A DNA stretch of 41,357 nt, from NCBI GenBank assembly GCA_027078075.1, contig JALTKP010000251.1:1-41357 (forward strand), read 5' to 3'. Made by a program: the position numbers and the translations under genes. This document shows, one piece after another, positions 1 through 8,521 of this stretch. This DNA is from Gammaproteobacteria bacterium (GTDB lineage: Bacteria > Pseudomonadota > Gammaproteobacteria > AKS1). The first letter of the stretch is position 1. Each line of letters begins with the position of its first letter. The notes under the pieces were generated by a model. It was not told the origin of the DNA and ran no database searches. It saw only the letters and a list, made by a program, of their open reading frames with translations.

Positions 1-576
1 CCATCACTTGCTCCTGCAGGTAAAGCACTTTATCAACAAAACTGTATTTTTTGTCATCAGGCAGATGCTATCGGTAAACCAGGTTTTGCACCATCATTAA
101 CAAATCATGAATTCTTAAGTGTTGCATCAAATAAATTTATTTTGAGCACAATTAGGGATGGCCGAGCAGGAACTGGTATGCCTCCATTTTCCCACCTTGG
201 TAAGAAAGACATCGAATCTATTGTTGCTTACTTGCGAAGTTACGAAACATTACCAGAACGCGCTACAGAGATTGATGCACAACCAGCTGCGAAAGGTGAT
301 ATTGCACGAGGACAGGCAAGTTTCAATTTGATCTGTTTAAGTTGTCATGGCGAGAATGGTGATGGCTACGCCGCAGGTGGTACAGGTACCGCAATTGGTA
401 AAGCCGGATTCTTAGATAAGGTTTCAGATGGTTTTATTCGTACAACGATTAAAGAAGGTCGTACGAATACACGTATGCTTGGTTTTGGTAAAGAAGGACC
501 TCGTATCATGGCGGCACTATCTGATCAGGAAATTGATGACATCATCGTTTACCTGCGCACCGTACCAAGTAAATAA
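1..576 (+). CDS. Class I cytochrome c with at least two haems (c4/CcoP-like), 5'-truncated by the window edge
   Basis: Frame 1 is open from base 1: PSLAPAGKALYQQNCIFCHQ...GMPPF...GQASFNLICLSCHG...RMLGF...LSDQEIDDIIVYLR. It has two CxxCH motifs, each with a distal Met. The ORF track called only 142-576 and missed the first haem. Confidence 0.9.
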   Translation, partial: PSLAPAGKALYQQNCIFCHQADAIGKPGFAPSLTNHEFLSVASNKFILSTIRDGRAGTGMPPFSHLGKKDIESIVAYLRSYETLPERATEIDAQPAAKGDIARGQASFNLICLSCHGENGDGYAAGGTGTAIGKAGFLDKVSDGFIRTTIKEGRTNTRMLGFGKEGPRIMAALSDQEIDDIIVYLRTVPSK

Positions 577-590
577 AGGGGACACATAGA

Positions 591-3293
591 ATGAAACGTA
601 TCAAAATGAATCGTCGCGACTTCCTTAAAGGAAGTGCCTTTATTACGAGCACAGCAGCAGGTGCGAGTTTGATGGTTGGCAATAATCCAGAGCTTGAAGC
701 TGCACCTGCAACAGCAGCGAAAGCAACAACAACGCGCAAAACAGCAGTAGCACAATGCCCATACTGTGGTGTGGGTTGTGGCACTATCATTCAGGCTGAG
801 AATGGTAAAATTGTATCAATGCGCCCTGACAAAGATCATCCTACTAACTATGGTTTGCAATGTATTAAGGGTTTAACCGCAGCCGAACCTATTTACGTTG
901 ATCGCATGGAAGGCGACCCTTACGTACGTAAAGATGTTTGGGAAGAATGGAACAAGCCTGGCCACGGTGATATGGAATATATCAGTAAAACCAAAGGTTC
1001 TTTTGACGAAGAACACTTTGTTCGTGTTCCTTATCATGATGCATCGGAAATGACAGCGAAAAAGATTGCTCACTTTGCGAAGAAATACACTGGTAACTCG
1101 ATTGCATTGTATGGTTCTGGGCAGTTGACAGTTGAGGGACAGTATCTCGAAAATCTATTCATGAAAGGGGTACTTGGCTCAAATACAATCGAAGCCAACG
1201 CGCGTATGTGTATGACCTCTGCAGTAACAGGTTACTTCGCAACGTTGGGTTCTGATACGCCACCTTTAGCTTATGAGGATATTGAATTAGCGGATATGGT
1301 GATGCATTTTGGTCACAATGCACGTGAATCTCATCCTATTATCTATTGGCGTATTGCGGATCATAAGTTAAAAACTGATATTCCAACAGTTGTCGTTGAT
1401 CCACGTTACACCGGTACCGTTAAAGGTTATGAAGATATTAATAAAAAGAACTCGGTACACGTACCGATTCTAAATGGTGATATCAGTTTCCTAAATGCAA
1501 TTGCACATGTGTTATTGAAAGATCACCCAGATGTCATTGACTGGGATTTCCTCAAAGCACATACAACGGGTTGGAAAGAATACGTTGATGGTGTAACTAA
1601 TGATTACAGCCCTGAACAAGTGCAAGATCGTATGGGTGGACCTAACCATGAAGTACCACCTGAACTGATTCGCAGTATTGCATCAACATTTGCGGATGCA
1701 ACGCGCAAACGCTTAGTAAGAAGTAAAGGTAAGCACGAAGGTGAAGGTTACGGTGGCGTTATTATCATGTGGGGCATTGGTTACAACCAACACATCCATG
1801 GCCAACATAACGTTATCTCAATCATTAACTTGCTAACGTTAACCGGTAACCTTGCAAAACCTGGTTGTGGACCGTTCTCAATGACAGGTCAACCTAATGC
1901 GATGGGTGAACGTTTCACCGGTGGTTTAACTGGTCGTTTACCATTTAACCAACCATTGAAAAACACTGCACATCGTAAGCACATGGCGCGTCATTGGAAT
2001 GTGCCGGAAGCAAATTTGATTACAGCGATGAAGGCTAAAAATCCTGGTTATGCCATTGGTATGATGGAGCGAGCTTTAAAAGATGACGTGAAGGCTATGT
2101 TCTTTGTATATGCCACGCATATTGATTTACCGGATCAAGATAATCTGATTCGTCCGGCGATGATGAAAACATTCAACGTGGTTCAGGAAATTTATCGTCA
2201 TGCGCCGAACAACTTGTATGCAGATGTTATTTTCCCAGCGGCAACGTGGGGTGAAGTTGATGGTGTGTACATTAGTTCAGAACGTCGTATCAACCGAGTT
2301 GAAAAAGCGGCTGAGCCACCTAAAGGTTGTCTTCCAGATATGGATATGGTGATCGATAAAGGTAAAGAAATTGCACATTTATTAGGATTGGATGCAGATA
2401 AAATTTTCCCTTGGAATAAAAAGGAAGATGGTTTCTACGATGCTCAAGAAATCTTCCGTGCCATGGTTAGAGCGTCAGAGGGTACTGATACAGATCTAAC
2501 CGGTATTCTTGAAGTTGAAAAGATCGATGGTAAAACACCGTATGAACAATTACGTGATTTACGTGGTATTCAATGGCCTGCTCCTACCTACGAAACTGCG
2601 AAGGCAGGTGGTACAAAACGCCGTTTCATGTCACAGGAAGGTAAGTGGAAGAACAAACCTTACGGTTATTTCCGCACCAAAGATGGCAAAGTACATATGA
2701 AACTTTGTCAGCAGGATTATTCACAGCGTGAAGAGATCACCAAGAAGTTGATGGAATTTGGTAGCAAGAAAGGTGTCTACACAATTGATAATATTCCATT
2801 GTTGAAACAAGCTCGTGATATGGCTTTAACACCAGATATGCCGGATGAAGCAGAACGCGGTAAAAACTGGGATAAAGTCGCTAAAGATAAATATCCTTTC
2901 TGGTTGGGTCTGGGTGTGGTTTACGAGCATTTCCATACGGCTAAATCAAACCGTAGTCCAACAACTCGTCGTCTAGTACCTGAGATGTATGTAGAAATGC
3001 ATGCGGAAGATGCCAAGGAACTTGGTATTAAAGATGGTGATCAAGTGCGATTAGTGACACGACGCGGTTCGTACCAAGCAAAAGCGCAGGTAGGTTCGAA
3101 TAGCTTAGTCCGACCAGCACGTAATAGTGTACCTCGGGGTTACATGTTCAGCCCTTGGAACTTATCGGTAGCAGATAGTGCCGATCCGAAGAAGAACAAG
3201 TGGCTTGTAAATAGTACTTCGAGTCGTGTTTGGGATCTTGTTTCAGGGCAGGTAGATTTCAAGAAACTTGCTTGTCGTATTGAAAAAGTATAA
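591..3293 (+). CDS. Tat-exported Mo/W-bis-PGD oxidoreductase catalytic subunit, nitrate reductase (NapA/NasA/NarB) clade
   Basis: Tat signal RRDFLK plus h-region and AxA. N-terminal [4Fe-4S] motif CPYCGVGC...CIKG, Mo-ligand motif NARMCMTSA, GPFSMTGQPNAMG, and a C-terminal molydop-binding domain (VEMHAEDAKELGIKDGDQVRLVTRRG; DFKKLACRIEK). Confidence 0.9.
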   Translation: MKRIKMNRRDFLKGSAFITSTAAGASLMVGNNPELEAAPATAAKATTTRKTAVAQCPYCGVGCGTIIQAENGKIVSMRPDKDHPTNYGLQCIKGLTAAEPIYVDRMEGDPYVRKDVWEEWNKPGHGDMEYISKTKGSFDEEHFVRVPYHDASEMTAKKIAHFAKKYTGNSIALYGSGQLTVEGQYLENLFMKGVLGSNTIEANARMCMTSAVTGYFATLGSDTPPLAYEDIELADMVMHFGHNARESHPIIYWRIADHKLKTDIPTVVVDPRYTGTVKGYEDINKKNSVHVPILNGDISFLNAIAHVLLKDHPDVIDWDFLKAHTTGWKEYVDGVTNDYSPEQVQDRMGGPNHEVPPELIRSIASTFADATRKRLVRSKGKHEGEGYGGVIIMWGIGYNQHIHGQHNVISIINLLTLTGNLAKPGCGPFSMTGQPNAMGERFTGGLTGRLPFNQPLKNTAHRKHMARHWNVPEANLITAMKAKNPGYAIGMMERALKDDVKAMFFVYATHIDLPDQDNLIRPAMMKTFNVVQEIYRHAPNNLYADVIFPAATWGEVDGVYISSERRINRVEKAAEPPKGCLPDMDMVIDKGKEIAHLLGLDADKIFPWNKKEDGFYDAQEIFRAMVRASEGTDTDLTGILEVEKIDGKTPYEQLRDLRGIQWPAPTYETAKAGGTKRRFMSQEGKWKNKPYGYFRTKDGKVHMKLCQQDYSQREEITKKLMEFGSKKGVYTIDNIPLLKQARDMALTPDMPDEAERGKNWDKVAKDKYPFWLGLGVVYEHFHTAKSNRSPTTRRLVPEMYVEMHAEDAKELGIKDGDQVRLVTRRGSYQAKAQVGSNSLVRPARNSVPRGYMFSPWNLSVADSADPKKNKWLVNSTSSRVWDLVSGQVDFKKLACRIEKV

Positions 3294-3301
3294 AGGATGA
3301 A

Positions 3302-3353
3302 AGGCGTTAGGGTGAGAAGCGTGGTAGTAAGAAGCTTCTCACCCTTAACACCT
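3302..3353 (+). other. Intergenic stem-loop without a U-tract (candidate mRNA stability or processing element)
   Basis: AGGGTGAGAAGC (3309-3320) pairs perfectly with GCTTCTCACCCT (3334-3345), 13-nt loop; the stem extends further with a bulge. Confidence 0.6.
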
Positions 3354-3363
3354 AACAAAGATT

Positions 3364-3951
3364 ATGCAACGTAGAGCATTTCTTCAATCGTTAACTGCTA
3401 CAGCAGCATTGCTTGCGATGTCGCCGCATCTTGTGGCAAAGAGCCAAGCTTCGTTTCGATTTCTTCGTCCCCCAGGTGTGCTTGATGAAGAAGAGTTTTT
3501 ACAAAACTGTATACGCTGTGGTAAGTGTGGCGAAATATGTCCCAACCGAACGATTAAGTATTTTTCAACGGAGAATGGTGTTGATTCGATTGATACGCCA
3601 TATATCGTACCAAGAGAGCAAGCTTGTATATTGTGCATGAAGTGTGGTGATGTTTGCCCAACGGGAGCCATACAATCTATTCCTCGTGAGATGAATGCGA
3701 TTCTTGAAAAAGTTGAAATGGGAACCGCTCGTGTTGACCGAAGTTTGTGTTTGTCATGGCAGGGTAAAACATGTGGTGTCTGTTATCGAGCCTGCCCACT
3801 TCCTAATGTTGCAATACGCATAGGACGTTTAGAACAACCGCATGTATTAAATGATTGCGTAGGCTGTGGATTGTGCGAACGATCGTGTATTCAGATTCCA
3901 CAAGCGATCAGAATTATTCCGAGTAAAAGCCTTTCTAAAAAGAGCGGTTAG
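3364..3951 (+). CDS. napG: NapG/MauM-family periplasmic 4Fe-4S ferredoxin
   Basis: Tat motif RRAFL plus h-region; LRPPG; CIRCGKCGEICP, CILCMKCGDVCP, CLSWQGKTCGVCYRACP, CVGCGLCERSC. Confidence 0.8.
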   Translation: MQRRAFLQSLTATAALLAMSPHLVAKSQASFRFLRPPGVLDEEEFLQNCIRCGKCGEICPNRTIKYFSTENGVDSIDTPYIVPREQACILCMKCGDVCPTGAIQSIPREMNAILEKVEMGTARVDRSLCLSWQGKTCGVCYRACPLPNVAIRIGRLEQPHVLNDCVGCGLCERSCIQIPQAIRIIPSKSLSKKSG

Positions 3952-4042
3952 TACAATTAAGTTAATCGCAGCGTTGTGTATAGTTGTGTTCTATTAACGT
4001 GATAATTTTATATAAAATTAAGCAAATTGGAATTCGTAGATA

Positions 4043-5035
4043 ATGCAGAAGATAGTTGCTAAGCCATCATCACTCAGACATTTGAATAAGCTGCGTTGGT
4101 TTATTTTAACGTTAGTTTTTTCTATTTTAGTCTTGTTGCCATTTCTCCATCTCTATCAAACTTACGTGGCGGCACATGCATATGATTTATTATTGCCTAA
4201 CGAAAAGACAGTTTATGATGCAATGGAATGGTTAACATCTCCTTTTGTTAAAAATCCAGAACATGATTTAGATATGCTAAAAGGAACCACTTGGTCAGGT
4301 ACATTATTTGGCTTGAAGTTAAGTGATCCTCTCGCTGTATTGAGTCAGGTTGCGACATCATTATCATTGTATTGGCCGTTTTTGTTAACAGCTTTAATAC
4401 CGGTTGTTGCGACAATAATATTAGGACGTTTCTTTTGTGGATGGATTTGTCCTGCAACATTCATTTATGAGTTGAATGATACTGTTGCCGCATGGTTGCG
4501 CCGAGCAGGCGTTCCATTGGGCGATAAGATTTATGACAAAAGAATCAAGTATCTCGTTTTAACGGTAGGATTAATTTTATCGATGTTACTCGGTAGCATT
4601 ATGACGGCAGCAATTTATCCACCAGCAATAATAGGTCGTGAGTTGTACTACGTAATTGCACAGGGTGCATTTGGTAGTGGTGCAGTGTTTTTTATTCTTA
4701 CTATATTATTTGATTTGTTGGTTGCACGACGAGGATTTTGTCGATACATGTGCCCAGGTGGCGCGCTGTATTCACTGTTAGGTAGGTACCGTCTTTTACG
4801 GATTCAGCGTGTTGTTGAGCAATGCAATGACTGTAAAAAATGTAACGTAGTGTGTGAGTTTGGTCTTGATCCATTGCAAGATGGGTTTGGTCAGGAGTGC
4901 AATAACTGTACTGCGTGTATCGCGGTCTGCCCAACAGATGCACTTAAGTTCAAAATTCAAATTCATGATCAACCATTTCAAGGACCAGGACATCTCGGTC
5001 ACGCTTATCGTAATCAAAAGTCAGGAGATCAGTAA
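4043..5035 (+). CDS. napH: NapH/MauN-family quinol dehydrogenase membrane subunit
   Basis: LSDPLA, GRFFCGWICP, GFCRYMCPGGALYSLLG, two C-terminal 4Fe-4S motifs and several TM helices. Confidence 0.85.
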   Translation: MQKIVAKPSSLRHLNKLRWFILTLVFSILVLLPFLHLYQTYVAAHAYDLLLPNEKTVYDAMEWLTSPFVKNPEHDLDMLKGTTWSGTLFGLKLSDPLAVLSQVATSLSLYWPFLLTALIPVVATIILGRFFCGWICPATFIYELNDTVAAWLRRAGVPLGDKIYDKRIKYLVLTVGLILSMLLGSIMTAAIYPPAIIGRELYYVIAQGAFGSGAVFFILTILFDLLVARRGFCRYMCPGGALYSLLGRYRLLRIQRVVEQCNDCKKCNVVCEFGLDPLQDGFGQECNNCTACIAVCPTDALKFKIQIHDQPFQGPGHLGHAYRNQKSGDQ

Positions 5036-5664
5036 TGAAACGTCGCCGCTTTATACAAACAATTGGTGCTTATATGGCACTGGGCGTAGCGGCATCTTTA
5101 CCCTATGGGGTGGCACGATTGTTATCGCCACCTTTACATGCAGCAGAGCATGAGCATATTCCTTTACCAGGCGCTTTATCTGATCTGGACGCGTTTAATC
5201 GTGCTTGTATTGGCTGTGGATTGTGTGGCGAAGTTTGTCCACCTAAAGCCGTGAAGTTTAAACAACGCGATGGTGGCGAAGGGGTTAATACCCCCTATAT
5301 CGATCCTGCTAATAAAGCCTGTATTTTATGTAATAAATGTATGGAAGTGTGTCCAACAGATGCGTTGACAGTGATCCCGATAAGGGAGGTCGATATGGGA
5401 ACAGCACAGATTGATCGTGCGGCTTGTTACCCATGGGTAGATGAAGGAATTTGCGGTGCTTGTGTGGCTATTTGTCCACTGGGAGAGAAAGCGATTAGTT
5501 TCACTTTTGCGAATATTTATAAACCGGCAGTGAATGAAGGTTGTGTTGGCTGTGGACAATGCGTGGAGGTTTGTCCAGAGCCAAGTTTGCCTATCAGAAT
5601 TGTAAAACGTAGCGAAGGAACTATTGCGCGTCATGGTGTCGCAACGAGACGGCGTTCATATTAA
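5035..5664 (+). CDS. Second NapG/MauM-family Tat-exported 4Fe-4S ferredoxin
   Basis: RRRFI Tat motif plus h-region; PLPGA; four Cys clusters in the same order as 3364-3951; start overlaps the napH stop (TAATG). Confidence 0.8.
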   Translation: MKRRRFIQTIGAYMALGVAASLPYGVARLLSPPLHAAEHEHIPLPGALSDLDAFNRACIGCGLCGEVCPPKAVKFKQRDGGEGVNTPYIDPANKACILCNKCMEVCPTDALTVIPIREVDMGTAQIDRAACYPWVDEGICGACVAICPLGEKAISFTFANIYKPAVNEGCVGCGQCVEVCPEPSLPIRIVKRSEGTIARHGVATRRRSY

Positions 5665-5711
5665 AAGAAGTAAGCTTAGTTTTAGTAATTGAGTTTCAGG
5701 AGTTATGAGTT

Positions 5712-6293
5712 GTGAGATTGTCTCAGGTTTTTTTAGCAATGATTGTTTTTTTTTATGGCGTTGCAGCGGCGCAAGCTCATCACGTTTTAGGACGTCCATC
5801 ATATAGTCTTGGTGAAGATTCAAATACGCCACCTAGTATGCAGGTAGAAACACAGATTGGTGATTTCTATGTGACCTATATGGCATTTCCTGCTTTTCCT
5901 AAGCCTAATGAACAAGGGCGTGTTAATTTGTATGCTTCGCGCATTGATAATGGTTTGCCATTTGATGGTGAGGTAACGTTTAAAGTACGAGATGATAGTT
6001 GGTTTGCAAGTAAGGAAGAAATACTTGGTGTACAAAAGATAGATGACAATGTTTATCGTCAGGGATTTATTTTTAAAAGTGATGGTAGCTATATTGTTAC
6101 AGCTGAATTTGAATCGGGCGGTGAGCCTTATAAAATTGATTTTCCACTACAAATTGGTGAGCCTAGTTCCGTAGGTCCGATTGGCATTACTATTGGTGTT
6201 CTGATATTCGTTCTCATTATTGTCAATGTTTTGCAACGCAATCGTCGCTTTCAGCTTAAAGCACAAAGAGCACACCGAGCTAACAATCAATGA
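5712..6293 (+). CDS. Exported, C-terminally membrane-anchored hypothetical protein; predicted mature N-terminus His-His
   Basis: GTG start after AGGAG; signal peptide ending AQA then HHVLGRP; beta-rich body; C-terminal TM (IGITIGVLIFVLIIVNVL) and a basic tail. Confidence 0.75.
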   Translation: MRLSQVFLAMIVFFYGVAAAQAHHVLGRPSYSLGEDSNTPPSMQVETQIGDFYVTYMAFPAFPKPNEQGRVNLYASRIDNGLPFDGEVTFKVRDDSWFASKEEILGVQKIDDNVYRQGFIFKSDGSYIVTAEFESGGEPYKIDFPLQIGEPSSVGPIGITIGVLIFVLIIVNVLQRNRRFQLKAQRAHRANNQ

Positions 6294-7819
6294 TCATGAC
6301 ACACCCCGGTCTGCCAGATGCATGGTTATGGTTAGCGTTGGCCGTAATGTTTTTGGCATTGCTGAAAATTCTGAGTATTAAACCTAAGCTAACTAATAAA
6401 AGCCGTTATATTTCAGTTGAAAAAATTCCAGTTGTTGGCCAGATAGCGATTTTATTTTCAAAAAGTCCATGGCCACTAGTCATTTTGAAATTTGTATCTG
6501 TTGGGTTATTTTTAACAGTAATTGCCGCAGGTTTGTTTGGCACACCTATTCCGGAACGAAATTTAGCGACCACTTTGACTTGGACTGTATGGTGGTCGGG
6601 ACTGATTATTACGGTTTTTTTTCTAGGCTCGGCATGGTGTGCTGTATGTCCTTGGGACACGATTGCAAGTTGGCTAGTTAAACATCGTATGTGGAAGCGT
6701 GCGGATCCAAGTAGCAGCCTTGGGTTACGTATGCCTAAAATGTGGCGTAATACATGGCCTGCACTGATTATGTTTATTGGTTTAACTTGGCTTGAATTAG
6801 GGGTTGGTGTTACCACTAACCCTTATGCAACGGCTGTCTTATCATTAGTAATGATTGTTATGGCAACATCTTATATGGCTGTGTTTGAGGGTAAGCCTTT
6901 TTGTAAGTATGTTTGCCCCGTTGGCCGAACGGTTGGATTTTATTCTCAAGTATCGATGGTTGAGTTACGACCTAAAAAACAGGATATTTGTGCAGAGTGT
7001 AAAACACTGGAGTGTTATCACGGGACAGAAGAAATTGAACCATGCCCTACTCATCTGGTGATGGGAACCTTAACGCAAAGCACTTATTGTACTTCCTGTT
7101 CAGCTTGTACGATGAGCTGTCCTCATCAAAATGTAGCTTGGCGTCTACGTAGTCCAGCGAGTGAAGCAATTCAATATGCTCGACCACATTGGGATGAAGC
7201 ATGGTTTATGTTGGGCTTATTAGGCCTTACTACTTTTCACGGTATTACAATGATGGAGTTCTGGGAAAAGGGGCTATCTTCATTTGCACAAGTAATTGGT
7301 GACTCGGGGCAACTTATCTTGAGTTTTAGTTTGGGAATGGCAATCGTATTTGCTGCGCCTATCTTATTATATGCAGTCCTTATTAAAATAATGCAGTTAT
7401 TAATACCAATTAAAGTTTCTTTTAAGAAAGCATTTTCTACTTTAGCCTTTATTTCTTTGCCTCTCGCATTTGTTTATCACATTGCTCATAACTTAAATCA
7501 TTTGATTCGCGAGAGTCGAGGCTTTACGAATGTATTATTAAATCCACTTGGGCGGGATAGCTTACCGCTGAGTAGCAGTGAGTTACATATGCGTCATATG
7601 AACCCACTTATTTCTGAACAGCTACTTTATGCGTTGCAGGCAGGTTTAATGATTTTTGGTTTTTGGTTAGCACTACAAATCCTGCAAAAACGAACTTTGG
7701 ATATATTAAATAATCAATTTTATCGACGTTATTATTTATTGCCTGGTATCATTTTTATTATGAGTGTTACGGCTTTTAACTTGTGGTTGTTGGTACAACC
7801 AATGACGATGAGAATGTAA
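6290..7819 (+). CDS. Polytopic membrane 4Fe-4S protein (NapH/NosR/FixG-like superfamily)
   Basis: About ten hydrophobic segments; WCAVCPW and FCKYVCPVG (CxxxCP) motifs; CAECKTLEC...CP and CTSCSACTMSCP; ATGA overlap with the upstream gene. Confidence 0.8.
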   Translation: MIMTHPGLPDAWLWLALAVMFLALLKILSIKPKLTNKSRYISVEKIPVVGQIAILFSKSPWPLVILKFVSVGLFLTVIAAGLFGTPIPERNLATTLTWTVWWSGLIITVFFLGSAWCAVCPWDTIASWLVKHRMWKRADPSSSLGLRMPKMWRNTWPALIMFIGLTWLELGVGVTTNPYATAVLSLVMIVMATSYMAVFEGKPFCKYVCPVGRTVGFYSQVSMVELRPKKQDICAECKTLECYHGTEEIEPCPTHLVMGTLTQSTYCTSCSACTMSCPHQNVAWRLRSPASEAIQYARPHWDEAWFMLGLLGLTTFHGITMMEFWEKGLSSFAQVIGDSGQLILSFSLGMAIVFAAPILLYAVLIKIMQLLIPIKVSFKKAFSTLAFISLPLAFVYHIAHNLNHLIRESRGFTNVLLNPLGRDSLPLSSSELHMRHMNPLISEQLLYALQAGLMIFGFWLALQILQKRTLDILNNQFYRRYYLLPGIIFIMSVTAFNLWLLVQPMTMRM

Positions 7820-7828
7820 TGGGAGAAA

Positions 7829-8521
7829 ATGATGTCTGGTTTAAATAAACAAAAGTGTGAAACAAAAAGACAATGTTTGCGAGACTTGCTCTGTAAGTGG
7901 GTTGATCGCGCACCGATTATTTTTATGTTTGTCATGTTTGCATTGGGCATTATTTTTTGGGGTGGCTTTAATACTAGTATGGAAATGACAAACAATGAAG
8001 AATTTTGCATTAGTTGTCATGAAATGCGTAATAATGTTTACAAGGAATATAAAACAACTGTTCACTACACGAACCGAACCGGAGTGCGTGCAACTTGCCC
8101 TGATTGTCATGTGCCACGAGAATGGACTTATAAAGTTGCGCGCAAGGTAGCGGCGACTAATGAATTATATCATAAAGTCATCGGTTCAATTAATACAAAA
8201 GAAAAATTTGAATCTAAGCGCCTAGAACTGGCTGAGCATGTGTGGGATAGCATGAAAGCAACGGATTCACGCGAGTGCCGAAATTGTCACGCGAATGAGT
8301 TTATGAAATTAAACAGTCAAAGTAAATTATCTCAACGCAAACATGCTAGAGCGATTACTGATGGCTTAACGTGTATCGATTGTCATCGAGGGATTGCTCA
8401 TAAACTACCGAGAAACTTTGATGAGGATGGTAAGCTTCATGCCTCGTTCAAAAATACTAAACGTCCCTGTGGTGATTGTCATAAAAACCTGGCGCAATCA
8501 GATGATAAAATCACATGGTAG
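7829..8521 (+). CDS. napC: NapC/NirT-family membrane-anchored cytochrome c with a fifth CxxCH
   Basis: N-terminal TM with GIIFWGGFNT; TNNEEFCISCHEM, ATCPDCHVP, DSRECRNCH, TCIDCHRGIAH; an extra CGDCH near the C-terminus. Confidence 0.9.
   Translation: MMSGLNKQKCETKRQCLRDLLCKWVDRAPIIFMFVMFALGIIFWGGFNTSMEMTNNEEFCISCHEMRNNVYKEYKTTVHYTNRTGVRATCPDCHVPREWTYKVARKVAATNELYHKVIGSINTKEKFESKRLELAEHVWDSMKATDSRECRNCHANEFMKLNSQSKLSQRKHARAITDGLTCIDCHRGIAHKLPRNFDEDGKLHASFKNTKRPCGDCHKNLAQSDDKITW

Noticed and set aside
549-755. Cys-rich minus-strand ORF (MCYCCFARCCCFRCCCRC) resembling a metallothionein
   Set aside because: It is the antisense shadow of GCA/ACA-rich Ala/Thr codons in the Tat leader of the Mo enzyme.
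591-3293. Labelling the gene napA, or calling it a formate dehydrogenase or selenoprotein
   Set aside because: The motifs are NasA/NarB-like and napB/napD are not seen. The ligand is Cys followed by Met, not the His of FDH, and there is no in-frame TGA.
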